A stretch of 64,000 nt of DNA, counting the filler, from Asterionella formosa (lineage: Eukaryota), in NCBI GenBank assembly GCA_002256025.1. It is 5 parts of 5 records of this genome, joined end to end, with 100 filler letters (N's around TTAATTAATTAA, not from the genome) between each part and the next. Parts side by side here need not be neighbours in the genome. Positions count along the whole stretch, not along the records: positions 29,198 to 58,292 come from NKIB01001097.1; 4 more parts are not named here. One strand, given 5' to 3'. A model generated the notes under the pieces. That model saw only the letters and a list, made by a program, of their open reading frames with translations. It made no database searches and was not told the origin of the DNA. The translations under genes and the position numbers were made by a program. Positions 44,998-56,421 of the stretch are shown one piece after another (position 1 is the first letter of the stretch; every line of letters begins with the position of its first letter).

Positions 44998-47628
44998 TTA
45001 TTCCAGAATAGTGTTGCCCACCACCATTGTAGATGCTTGGAGATGCTGCTGACGCGCTTTTGCATCTACCATGGCTTGGTGCATGCGATCAGCTTCATCT
45101 TGCCCACCTTTTGTCTTGCTCCATGCATGACGAAGTGAAGCAAAGGTGACCGCATCAGGTTTTGTGCCACTGGATTCACCATCACTTGTTGAATTTTGTA
45201 TCATTCGTTGATACAGCTCATTTGCCCTAGGACCAGCATCATCCCAACCACTGCGACCAATGGCATCCAAAACAGAATTGTATGTAAATAAATCAGGCTT
45301 GAGCGTTACATCCCCATGCTCTTCAAAACTCAATTCCATAAACTTCATGAATTCTAATGCCCTCGAAGCCATCCCATGCTTTGCCAGGAGAGCAATGATT
45401 GAATTGATACTTACTCGATCAGGTCGACAAGTAATGTCTCCATTCTTGTATCGATTACTCATCCTCTTTAGTACACTTTCGGCTAAAGCCGGAGATGCAC
45501 CCGAGTTTTTTAGGGCAAGAATCACTGCATTGTAGCTCCTAGTGTTTGGTTTGGCAATCGATGATGACTCCAACTCCACCAAGACAGCTTCAGCCTTTTT
45601 AGCTGCATCGATATCCCCGCTTCGAGCATGAGCATCAATTACAGCATTGTAGCACTGTATAGTGGGTTGTGCAAATTTCTTACCTGCCGCAAACCATTTG
45701 AGATTTCGACGCAATAGAGTTTCGGCTTTCTGCGCACCATCTGGAGTTGACGACTTGGCATATGCCTGCAACACGGCACTGTACAACAGTGATGTTGGTT
45801 GAAATGCGGGAGACCCAGTTTCTGCGAACCTGGCTTCGACTTGTGTTAAAATGTCAAATGCTTGTTCTGCGGCATGAATGCTCCCTGACTTTGTCAGCGT
45901 ATTGACCACATATGCATAAATGGTTGCATCTGGTTCGACATTTGCATATCCTAGTTGATGCATCATTTTCATGTCCTCCAAAATATCAGTTGCTAATTTA
46001 GCAGCACGTTCAGCATCATTGGAATGACAAATAATCTGAAAGAATTGTGAATATATGATTCGATTCGGCTCAAGATTAGGATCGTGTTGATTTGCTTCAT
46101 ACAATGCTTTGAGTCTTCCCAACAGTTGAAAGGCTTTGTCAAGTGCATCAGGCGCCTGACTATTTCTAAGTGCATTCAGGACAGATAAAAATATTTGTGA
46201 GTTTGGCAAAAACATTTCCTTCCTACCGCTTTGCTCCCATTTCCCTTGTAGCTCATCCAGGAGTTGCACTGCTTTTGTCGCGTCTCCATGATTTGCGTAT
46301 GTTGAAATCACAGCAGAGTAGGTAATTTTGTCTGGTTGCAGCCCTTGCATTTCCATGTTCCTCAACACTGATTCTGCTGTGCCTCCATCCGTGTTAGACT
46401 TTGCAAACAAATGAATAAGTGCATTACAAAAGTGTACATTTGGTGGTTCCTTTCCATATTTATCCATACGTTGCAGAATATCCTTTGCTGCATTTGGGTC
46501 ACCTGCCTTGGCCATGGCCGTTAGCACTGTAGTGTATGCAATGATATCTGGTCCCTTTTCTGCCTGTGTCAGTGACAATTGTTCCATTTCTCTCAAAAGA
46601 GCATCTGCTTTTTGCGATGCACGCATCGGATCTTGATGTGAGACCCATGCATTGATGGTTGATGTATAGGTTACCTTGTCCGGAGCTAAGCGTGCATTTG
46701 TCTGTGACAGCAGCTTAAGTTTGTCCAATATCTTGTGTGCTTCTGGCCCTGCTCGCTGAGCATCCTTGGTTCGCATCCAAGCCTTGATACATGCATTGTA
46801 GGAAATGAGTGATGCCAGTGACTTTTCCTCCAGGTGCTCTAATATTGTGTTGCATTTCTCCCCTCCATCTGGTTGTCCTGCCCAAGTGTTCATTAGTGTA
46901 TTATGGCAAATATCATTTGTAATGGCAAGGTGTTGAGGGCTTGATGCTTCCATTTCTTCCACAAGGTGTTGTGCTCGTAGTGCCGCCTTTCTCCCTCCCT
47001 TGCTCTTGGCATATGCATTCAATACAGCAGCATATGAGTATGTATCTGGTTGTATCTGTTTGAGTGATTTAAGTGTCTGTAATAAGGCATCGGCTCGATC
47101 TGCGGCAAAGGCATTTTGTTGTTTGCCCCATGCCTGAAGGACAATATTGAAGGACACCACATCATAATTTGTGTCGTAGTTGTTTGACTGTAATTTCTTT
47201 AGTAATTCTTGTTCTGCTTCATCTGCTCGAGAGGGGTCCGTCTTGAGCATGGATTGAAGGTGTCGATTAAAGTCTGCAATGAGTTCTTGTTTGTTTGGTC
47301 CATGTTGTTGCGGTTGTTGTCTCGTATTTTTATTATCGTTGCTGTTGCTGTTGCTGTTGCGGTTGCTGCTGAATTTATTCCTTTTGTTTGCATTGTAATT
47401 TTGTGCTTGCATCATTAGTGCAGTGGCAGTGGAAGAAGTGGTAGTAGTATGACAACGGAATTGTTGCTGTTGTATTCGGACGAACGATGATACTTGGCCA
47501 CCACGATAAGAATCGGAACAACAACGACCAACAGGATGGTTGAGAAACGAAACAGACTCGTCGATGCAAAGTGCAACAACTAGTACAGGCAACAATACAA
47601 CTGTTGCATTTCTCGTCATGATTAGCAT
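44998..47628 (-). CDS. Pentatricopeptide-repeat (PPR) protein, probably plastid-targeted
   Basis: Many repeats such as PDTYSYAAVLNAYAK, PDKVTYTSTINAW, PDKITYSAVISTYA and PNTRSYNAVI; signal peptide ending in SVS-F. Confidence 0.92.
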   Translation of the reverse strand: MLIMTRNATVVLLPVLVVALCIDESVSFLNHPVGRCCSDSYRGGQVSSFVRIQQQQFRCHTTTTSSTATALMMQAQNYNANKRNKFSSNRNSNSNSNDNKNTRQQPQQHGPNKQELIADFNRHLQSMLKTDPSRADEAEQELLKKLQSNNYDTNYDVVSFNIVLQAWGKQQNAFAADRADALLQTLKSLKQIQPDTYSYAAVLNAYAKSKGGRKAALRAQHLVEEMEASSPQHLAITNDICHNTLMNTWAGQPDGGEKCNTILEHLEEKSLASLISYNACIKAWMRTKDAQRAGPEAHKILDKLKLLSQTNARLAPDKVTYTSTINAWVSHQDPMRASQKADALLREMEQLSLTQAEKGPDIIAYTTVLTAMAKAGDPNAAKDILQRMDKYGKEPPNVHFCNALIHLFAKSNTDGGTAESVLRNMEMQGLQPDKITYSAVISTYANHGDATKAVQLLDELQGKWEQSGRKEMFLPNSQIFLSVLNALRNSQAPDALDKAFQLLGRLKALYEANQHDPNLEPNRIIYSQFFQIICHSNDAERAAKLATDILEDMKMMHQLGYANVEPDATIYAYVVNTLTKSGSIHAAEQAFDILTQVEARFAETGSPAFQPTSLLYSAVLQAYAKSSTPDGAQKAETLLRRNLKWFAAGKKFAQPTIQCYNAVIDAHARSGDIDAAKKAEAVLVELESSSIAKPNTRSYNAVILALKNSGASPALAESVLKRMSNRYKNGDITCRPDRVSINSIIALLAKHGMASRALEFMKFMELSFEEHGDVTLKPDLFTYNSVLDAIGRSGWDDAGPRANELYQRMIQNSTSDGESSGTKPDAVTFASLRHAWSKTKGGQDEADRMHQAMVDAKARQQHLQASTMVVGNTILE

Positions 47629-47640
47629 AATGAGAAAGAG

Positions 47641-47643
<3 letters not shown>

Positions 47644-47671
<28 letters not shown>
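47644..47671. repeat. (GA)n microsatellite just upstream of the PPR start
   Basis: Run of about 13-14 GA dinucleotides. Confidence 0.9.
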
Positions 47672-47674
<3 letters not shown>

Positions 47675-47896
47675 TATTAAAATTAACCAAGAAGCAACAA
47701 CAACAAAATGTTCTTGCTTGTCGTGGTGGTTCGTGACATCAGACCAACGCAGGCGCACTCATGATGATAGCATTGATGGCTGGAAGATGTACGTAAGTAC
47801 GCGGTCAGTCAATGATGGCGTTATGATTCCGATCGTCAGCATGCTCATGGTCCTCTGGGTGGGGTGCGTGCCTGTTGCTTTTACCTTGTATCATAT

Positions 47897-48424
47897 ATAC
47901 CGGTACCGGTAAATACCACCATACCGGTAGTAAATATGTACCTGGTAGCAGGGTACCGTAGCTCGAGAATTCTTGTGTACCTGCCTATGAACCAGGTAGT
48001 ACCAGGTACCGTACCAGATATTCCGAGTATTTTGTATATAGCGTAATCATGTACACAGTACCAGGTACCTGGTACTGTACATAGTAGTATCTGATTACCG
48101 GTACCTGGTATGGTACCAGGTACCAGGTACCCCTGAGTATATACCTGGTATGGTACCGAGGAAGGAGGCCCGGTTAAACACGTCTTTTACTGAGAGAAAG
48201 ATTCAGCTAAATATCGTGTTTGTCGCGCCTCCCGGCAGCGAACTGTACCTGTGTACCTGGTACCGTAATATACGAAACATATACATTTGTACCCGGCATT
48301 CGTCTTAGATATGGATGACTGATTCGACTCCATATTTGAATTTGAACATCATAATGATTGACGCATCGGATGCTATCATACTCGTGGTCATGCTGTTTCG
48401 AATGCCGGTATGTTACCTGGTACA
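47897..48424. repeat. Dense GGTACC/TACCWGGTA cluster in the PPR/P4H divergent region, with a 24-bp palindrome at 48055-48078
   Basis: acagtaccaggtacctggtactgt and taccggtacctggtatggtaccaggtaccaggtacc. Confidence 0.85.
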
Positions 48425-48491
48425 TGGGATGTAATCATTGTATCACATGATTGCGACGACAGATCCGCATGCAATTGTATTCTTACACAGA

Positions 48492-50237
48492 ATGTCATTT
48501 GACAAGATCAACGATGCTGATTCAGTAGACGACGAAGACGACTACAGTGACGAAGAAGAACACAACGACAGTAACAATGACAATGACGATGCATGGAATC
48601 TGAAATCCTTGTGGCGACAACACTCAGTGGCCATTATGGTAGCATTGGTAGCTGCAACGATTAGCTTTTACCATCTAAAGACTACTACTACTGCTACTCC
48701 TACAGAAATGATGATTCTTTCGGTCCATGAGCTGCGAATGCATCAGCATGTTCATTTGAATCAATACGAGCGCATGGCAAATGTCAGTTTTTGTAGCGAC
48801 CGACTTGATGATATTACAGACAATAGATTGCATTCCATGCTGCCATTGCAACTTAGGTTTTCACAAGAAATGATCCATAGTCTCATCTATCATTATACAG
48901 CTGATTCGATACAAGATGATGACTACAGCAAGGTGTCTACCGCTACTACAGCAGCAGACGTTACAAATGCGGAATTCCATTGCATGACCGACCTCGCCGA
49001 GACTCACCTGATGACGTTGGGATCGACGTGGGTGTATCAAACGCCAACGATACAGGAAATTAGCAACGACCCGAATGCGATTCCAGCATCTATATCATTC
49101 ACAGGATTTGCTGCAAAGTTTTTCAACCTTTCACCGAAACCGGTCTTGTTGCATTGGGATGGAACTGGGGGACATGGCGACTCATCCAGACTGGTGGCGG
49201 AAATCGCACCAATGGAAGCAGTGGGGACAGCTACTACGCCAGGACAGGGATTTTATGTAAGTCCGGTCTATGACGGATCTCACGCACTGCAACGGTGGAC
49301 TCTTACATCAGATGAAGCCATTGTCGTTTATGAAGATACTGAAAGAAAGAACGAATGGAAACAAGACATTAAGCTCAAATTTCAACTACAAAAGCTAAAC
49401 TTACTCTATGCCAGAGATTATTTGGTGGTAGCCAAGAAAACATGGCTGGCGCACTTTCCGAGGCCACCTCCAATGCACCATATGTGGGATGCAAGGACGA
49501 TGGGACAAGCGCACCATGTTTCGAGCGACGCGTCACACCACATTTCGGAAGATAACCGAGCAATTGCTCCAATTCAATTGAAACTCACTGCCACCTCTGT
49601 TGCACCCCGCGTTCTGGAGATTGACAATTTCCTTTCGAAATTTGAATGCCAGCTGTTGATTCAACTTGCTAAAACAAAAGGGTTGCAAGCATCCACTGTC
49701 GTGACTGGATCGAGAAATGGCAAGACTGACAACAAGACTCGATCGTCAACAAATACTTGGATTGATCGAGACGCAAATGACATTGTGGATACCATTTATC
49801 GTCGAGCTGCAGACGTATTCAACATTGATGATGCACTAATGCGCCATCGCACCAAGCATCACGACGATCACGCCGGTCATGCGTCACTCGCAGAGTCACT
49901 TCAAGTAGTTCGATATATAAAAAAACAAGGATACACACCGCATCATGATTTTACCTACCCATCTATTACCAATCGATACCAACCATCACGATTTGCAACA
50001 TTGCTGGTGTATCTCAATACTGTTGCGCAAGGCGGTGAAACCACCTTTCCGCGTGCGATAAATAATAAAAATCACGATGGACTGTCCGTCAAACCTGTCA
50101 TGGGTAAAGCTGTCTTGTTCTACAACATGTTACCGGATGGAAATTTCGATGACCTGTCGCAGCACGGAAGCAATCCAGTGGAAAAGGGTGAAAAATGGGT
50201 TGCCAACATGTGGGTCTGGGACCCACTTATTGATTAG
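48492..50237 (+). CDS. Prolyl 4-hydroxylase-like 2OG-Fe(II) dioxygenase with a type II membrane anchor
   Basis: PRVLEIDNFLS..EC, RSSTNTW, ESLQVVRY, HHD (HxD), RFATLLVYLN..GGETTFP, distal H in SQHGSNPV, and KWVANMW. Confidence 0.88.
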   Translation: MSFDKINDADSVDDEDDYSDEEEHNDSNNDNDDAWNLKSLWRQHSVAIMVALVAATISFYHLKTTTTATPTEMMILSVHELRMHQHVHLNQYERMANVSFCSDRLDDITDNRLHSMLPLQLRFSQEMIHSLIYHYTADSIQDDDYSKVSTATTAADVTNAEFHCMTDLAETHLMTLGSTWVYQTPTIQEISNDPNAIPASISFTGFAAKFFNLSPKPVLLHWDGTGGHGDSSRLVAEIAPMEAVGTATTPGQGFYVSPVYDGSHALQRWTLTSDEAIVVYEDTERKNEWKQDIKLKFQLQKLNLLYARDYLVVAKKTWLAHFPRPPPMHHMWDARTMGQAHHVSSDASHHISEDNRAIAPIQLKLTATSVAPRVLEIDNFLSKFECQLLIQLAKTKGLQASTVVTGSRNGKTDNKTRSSTNTWIDRDANDIVDTIYRRAADVFNIDDALMRHRTKHHDDHAGHASLAESLQVVRYIKKQGYTPHHDFTYPSITNRYQPSRFATLLVYLNTVAQGGETTFPRAINNKNHDGLSVKPVMGKAVLFYNMLPDGNFDDLSQHGSNPVEKGEKWVANMWVWDPLID

Positions 50238-50588
50238 AATTATTATTTTAGCTTCAAAAATAAATCAGGGTAGCTTACAAATCATTTGAGTTCTTGCATG
50301 GTATAGTCTACCGTTTTTCGTCTCAATGTAATACATAAATGTATATAGTCGTATACGTATTGGCCCTTTCATATATAATGTATACCGACTTGTCAATGCA
50401 ATGGTAACAATGCCATTTTGCCGGTTCAAACGACAACACACACAAACTCAACATCCGCCCCCGCATTTTATTACTATCGACTGTCAATCATATTTAGCTA
50501 ATATACAACACACAAAAAACAGGTGAAACACTTAAATGATCCATTAACACATCATTTCCAACGATGGGCACTTTTAATAATAACGTTA

Positions 50589-53500
50589 TTAAGATAGAGA
50601 CAATACTGTTTTGAGCATTTCCTTTTTGGCAGCGACAGTCTCTTCTTCTTCGCCACTGAAATCCATTGATTCAAATACGTTGATAACTTGATTCGCAGTG
50701 GCTTCAGGAATGAAATCAATGCCAAGTTCTCCATTCAAAAATGTGCCATATCGCACCAGATCAAGGATTGGTTCAACGCAATTATCTGTGCGACCCCGCT
50801 TTAGATTAGCGACAATGGCTTCAGCAGATGACTTGGCCAATCGCAAGAGCAACGATTCGAAAATTTCCTCAGCTTCGTCAGGCTGAAAACCGAGACTTTC
50901 TTGGATTTCAGTCAGAATTTCACCACTCTCTGTGCTGATATCGCCATTCTGTAAACCAGGAAGAACCTCAATTTCAAACATCTTTCTAAGCCGAGACTTT
51001 GAAATGCCAACGTCATTGTACATATCAAGCCCCATCGAATTACACTTCTCGCGGAAATACTTAATCCCTTCGGGTGTAGGAGAATCCATGATAGCATCCA
51101 CTTCCTCAGACAGAACCTTGTTCTGTGCATCCAGGAGCAACTTTTCTCCTTGTTCAGGAGACAAACCAAGTTTGCCTTGAAGGTTAGCAAGGAACATCAT
51201 ATCTTGTTGGTCGAGTGAACCTTTTTGGCGCATGGTCTGAGAGATATAGTTGTCGTAAACAGTTTTTCCAATATTTTTACCGACATCTTCCATCTTTTCA
51301 GATGTGAGTCCAAGTATACCACCAAAAGTTGCCTTGGCAGCTTCATAGCGAGCTGCGTTGGGTCCTTGCTCCTGGAACGCTCCAACAATGAATTGTCTGT
51401 AGAGAACTTCAGCCATTTCTTGATCAACAGCACCGACACCGAGAGCAGTGATGGGATATGTTGTCTCATACACAGGAATTTCAACAGACACAGTTTGCGG
51501 TTCACCTCCTTCCTCTTCAGAGGGAACAGTTTTCTCCACCGACTTGGTTGCGATCTCTATCTTCTCTCCAATGTCATTCTCGGTGTAGAAGTCGATCAAA
51601 TTCATGATGTCACTCATGATATTAATTTCAGCACCCAATCCGAGAGTTCCATCTGCGCCTTTTCCTGACTGGAACAAATCTTCCCCGAGGTCCTTGTTTC
51701 GTCGCTGAGATAGCTGCTGCTGAGTAAAGATTGTTCGTTCCATTTCACTAACGATCCATTCAACCATTGGAACCATTCGTTCCTTGACGGCATCTAGGAA
51801 AATAGATTTTGCAGACACCTCTGACACTCCAAGTCGGCCTCTGAGGTCGTTTAGCGGGGCACGGAACTCAGGTCGGATAACGCCGGTGATGCTCATTGCT
51901 TCCATGACACTCTTCCTGTACACTGAACCAAATGTATCCATGTGAATTCCGTACGTATCTTTCTTATCCATTTTGAAGAGTCGTTGGAGCCCCTCTAGAG
52001 CCTGCATTTGCTCAGCAGACGGGATGCCGGATGGAGACATTGCGTTTATTTTCCCAACAGCCTTCGTGTACATTCCACGACCAGCCTGTCTCACTAAATC
52101 ATCGGTTAAGTGGAAATTCTCGATAACTTCATGCACATCCTTTTCGAGATTCTCAAGGAGCTCTGGAGTGTAATCAGTCAAGATCTCGTCAGCTGCATTC
52201 TGTAAGGCCTTCATAAGTTCAGGCCCAAAGGTTTGTCTGGCTTCTGTATCAGCACTTTCGTTAGTGATCCCCAGAAGACCCTTCACTTCCATCATTTTTT
52301 CGTACTGCTCATCGCTGATCTTTTTGTCTTCGCCTTTATTCTTTGAACGATTCATGAAGATGCGGTACATCTTTTGACGCTCCTCGTTGGTAAGGAATCC
52401 GTTGACAGACCCCTCATCGTATGGATTACAAAAAGAAACATCAAACTTGTCGGCTTCGTTCCAGCCAGACTTTTGTAAGATGGAGACAATTGCGGCCTTT
52501 GCTTCCAAGACTTGGAGCAAGCTCTCGTAAGTTGAGGCTTCATTGTTGACACTAGCAAACTTATTTGTCTCTTCAAGCGGACCCCCCAAAGCTTGCATGA
52601 CCAGGGAAGAGATCAACTGTTTGGTATGCTTATCAGGCATCAAGAGCTCTTTTCGACGAGCCTCCATGGCTTCCCATGCCTCGTCAGGAGTCATTGTCTT
52701 GTCAATTACTTGACTCATTACTTCAAGTGCAGTGATCTGGAAAGGCGCAGAGCCCTCGTTTACGATTTCGTATTCGAGATCATCATCACGTAGCGACAGT
52801 AGAGTTTGCAATTGTGTCAACTGTATCGAGAAACAGAGACGCAATCGTTAGTGAACATATAATGAAACAAAATTAAAGCAACAAATCCCAAAAAAGAAAA
52901 AACGTACTCGTTCCTGAGCGCCATCGGGAAACTTCATACTGGCCAGGGCTACTTTTTCCTTGCTGCCTTCTTCCTCTGACTTCCCCAGAAGTGTCCGCAC
53001 CTCTTCGTTCAAAGCAGCGACATGCATATCGTAAGCTGTATCGTCGGAGACTCCCAAATTCTGTCGAGCTCGCGCCAACATGGCGATTGACACTTGATTG
53101 GTTCCAAGCTTGCTTCTTGTCGATTTGAGAGCACGGGCATAAAAAGGTTCTGAAACTTCGGCGACACGGTCCAAGGCATCAGTATAATCCAAATTAACTG
53201 CCTTTGCTGTGCGAGTCATCTCAAAGAGAAAAGCTTCATCTGTTTCGCCACCTTGGCGGAGGGCGCGTTCGGTCAAAAACAAAAGCTTGTCCATAGCGAC
53301 ACGATCAGGATGATCGGGATCGTCTAAGTCCTCCTCTGCCGTAAACAGACATGTCTGACGGTACCATTCAGAAGCTGCCATGGCGTGTGCCTCTCCAACC
53401 GCCATGTTGTTCAACATCAACACTTCCTTGAGTTGTTCCAGCTCTTTCAACTCCGCAGTCTTGGTTTGAAAATTGTACTTGACCATGCCAATAAGATATT

Positions 53501-54050
53501 TTGAGTATATTTCAGTGCACATACTCTCAAAGTCGTCATTGTCAACATTGTATACACTCTGCACAGCCTTAATAGCGCGTTTAGTCTTTTTGAGGTCCGA
53601 CAAACCGTGGTCGAGAATGACCTGCGCAATCGCTGGCGTCGCAGCCGATTCGACAACATCAGTGATCTTGCTCTTTCCAACAAGACCGACAACGGTAGTA
53701 GCTGCTGCGCCAAGAGCGTGGGCTGCCAGTCTACGAGAAGGAACGATTCCGAACCCAAGAGCAGCAGAGGCTGGGATAGCGGCCAACCCGACCAACTTCC
53801 ACAAAGCTGGCGCCTTGTTTACCTGTTTTGCGACCATAGGACTATTGTCTGTAAAATCCTGTAGCTCTTCCAGTCCCCCAGAAGTCTGGACCAACATGCT
53901 CATGGATGCCTTTTGAGGGGCTGCAAAAACTGCGGATTTTGGCACAAACGATGAGGCGCTGTGTCTGGGGCTCAGCACGCCAAATGCGTCAATTGTAGCA
54001 GCCGAAGTGGCTAGGACCACTGCCAGGACAGCGGAGGAATATTTTGGCAT
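50589..54050 (-). CDS. TIC110: Plastid-targeted ~1120-aa helical protein, Tic110-like; intron 52821-52907
   Basis: Signal peptide plus IDA-FGV motif, two hydrophobic segments after the transit peptide, then a long helical body with repeated LGL/LGV turns. A phase-0 GTACGT..CAG intron joins the two ORFs. Family call rests on architecture and size. Confidence 0.68.
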
Positions 54051-54565
54051 ATTTATTGATTTCTGCAAAACGAGACGAAGAACAGAGTGAGAACGGGAAG
54101 CCAGAATGTAAGAAGGCACATGATGAACTGGGACAACATTTCATTCAGATTTATATGCAGTACTCACTTTTTCAAGTATCTGCGTTCAAAGAGATACAAT
54201 AAGCCGACTTCCAGCGAGTGAAAGGCTGGGGATCTTGCTGTCAAAGATAGAGACAAGTCTCTTTATATTGCGAGATCAAGAAGTACTCCTCTTAACCCGT
54301 GCCGTTGCCATTATATCGTTCCAAGTATCAAAGCCCAAAGGATCCTCACCATCGACATGCAAAAATTGATGGAGCGGTGCCTCCACGCGGCGCTCAAAAA
54401 TCTGTAGCTGAAAGTCTGTGCGTGTGTTTGTGTTCGAGCTCCGTAGCGTAGAATAACTGCTTCTGTTTTGATCGGAGGTTGAAGCCCAATTAGCTCGACA
54501 CGAGAGGAAAAAGCTCCTTCTTTCCTCCATCACTTGCTTATTCATGATATATATATGTTGCTTTC

Positions 54566-54602
54566 TGGTATCTGGTACCAGGGTACCCTGGTACCAGGTA
54601 CA
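54566..54602. repeat. GGTACC cluster with a perfect 26-bp palindrome (54572-54597)
   Basis: ctggtaccagggtaccctggtaccag. Confidence 0.85.
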
Positions 54603-55446
54603 AGGGTCCTCATGCCCGAAAAACGAAGATCGAAAATTGGTAAGTTATCACGGCAAAATCGTTTTTCTTCACATCTTGGAGATTTCATTGCATCCTTGTT
54701 CACATGGTTCCGGAGATTAAAATCGAACATTGATCCATATGTCAAATGAACCAAAACAGTAAATGACATCATCAGGTTTTGATTACCGTAACCCTCTTAA
54801 TATCTCCACCTCCTTTTCGGGTTTTGTGGAGCATGCATAGGCCCTTGTTGCTTACTGGCCAGAAATTCGCATTCAGAAACTTCACAAAAAATTTAGATTT
54901 CCAAGGAATTTGAACCTGGCAGTGATTTCTGATGCAAAAGCCATTTCCCAATGCACTGGAATTCCATTTTGGGGTTGTCAGAAGTTTTTTGGAAAAAGCC
55001 ATTCCTTACTGCGCCAGAATTCCATCAGATGGTTAAACTGATGATGAATATTGCGCTTTTTCGCAGTTGGAAATGCCTCAACATTGCATTTATGATTCTA
55101 TTGACAATGATGTGGTTGCATCACCAAAAACCAACTAATTGATTTATTAATATTCTGGTGCACCCATAGATCCTGACACAGCTACTACTCTACTACAGGC
55201 AGCAGATTAAATATAGTTATGTATGATTGGCGTGCCTATATTATTATTCCAACACAGTTTTGTCAAAGCAAGCACCCAAATGTAAACAGAAGAAACTAAG
55301 CTAGTACTATCACAGAAATCCTACTAGCACTGGTAAGCACCCTCTCTCACCATGGAGGGAGATGTATATTTACAGCTACACAATCAAAAGAGTCCGTTTC
55401 AATGCCGCTGCAGATACAAAGTATACAACACGCTACAAGCAGAAAT

Positions 55447-55839
55447 GACAAGAAACTCATGGAGATAGACCAAAATGAAAAAAATCCATCCAACAGCATC
55501 ATTAAATTTATTCAGGCTTTTGACGATCCAAGCATCCAAATCAGATCCAAACAGACCATTTCCATTCCACCATAGCTACAAAGTACATAATGGACAATAA
55601 AAAGATGAAAGAACCACAAGAATCGACAAGAAACTCATGGAGATAGACCAAAATGACCGAAATCCATCCAACAGCATCATCAAATTGAGTAAGGCTTTTG
55701 ACGATGTCCAAACATCCAAATCATATCCAAACAGACCGTTTCCTTCCCTCCGCACCTAGACAGTACATACCAAGCAACAGATAGATAAAAGAACCACAAG
55801 GATTAATAAAAAAACTCATGGAGATTGACCAAATGACCA
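55447..55839. repeat. ~178-bp tandem repeat, about 2.2 copies
   Basis: gacaagaaactcatggagatagaccaaaatga recurs at 55447 and 55625, and partially at ~55812. Confidence 0.88.
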
Positions 55840-56193
55840 GGCAGGGAAGCAATATATTCACACATTTCCCCCTTTACAGTTAGCTCTGCAGCAGCACAAC
55901 CTGTCATCCCAGGATGGTTATGGTAGTAACAGGTACTACTGAGACACCAAGACTATACTATACTTCCTGGGCTCATATACTGATCAAATATTATGAGGAC
56001 CTGCTATGACATCTGCATAGTAATTACAAGAACTGGTAACTGGTACCAGCAAGTTGCAGTCATTTTGCTTGACTGGCCACAGCCATGCATGGTAACTGTC
56101 AGATGTGCAGTACTACCTATGTGAACTTATAAAATACAAAGGCTTAAAACTTTCATGCTTTTGAGTTGGCATGGCATCACTTTTGCTATAAAT

Positions 56194-56340
56194 ATTATCA
56201 CTTTGGTAGGTATAGCAAATTGTTTTTGATTTGGCAGATAAAGTAAACTTTACTCAAATGGGTCATGCTAAATTCAAGTAAAGTCTACTTGATCTGCCAA
56301 ATCAACTTAACATTTTGCAATATTTTCCAAAATGATCATA
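56194..56340. mobile_element. Fold-back (MITE-like) element, copy 1
   Basis: Arms ttgatttggcagataaagtaaactttact and agtaaagtctacttgatctgccaaatcaa; homologous to 61830-61991. Confidence 0.7.
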
Positions 56341-56421
56341 TTTAGAGCTTTAAACCTTTTTCAAAGTCAAGCCACAAATGAAAATTAATGGCATTATGCG
56401 CTGGCAAGAATATTGCACTAA

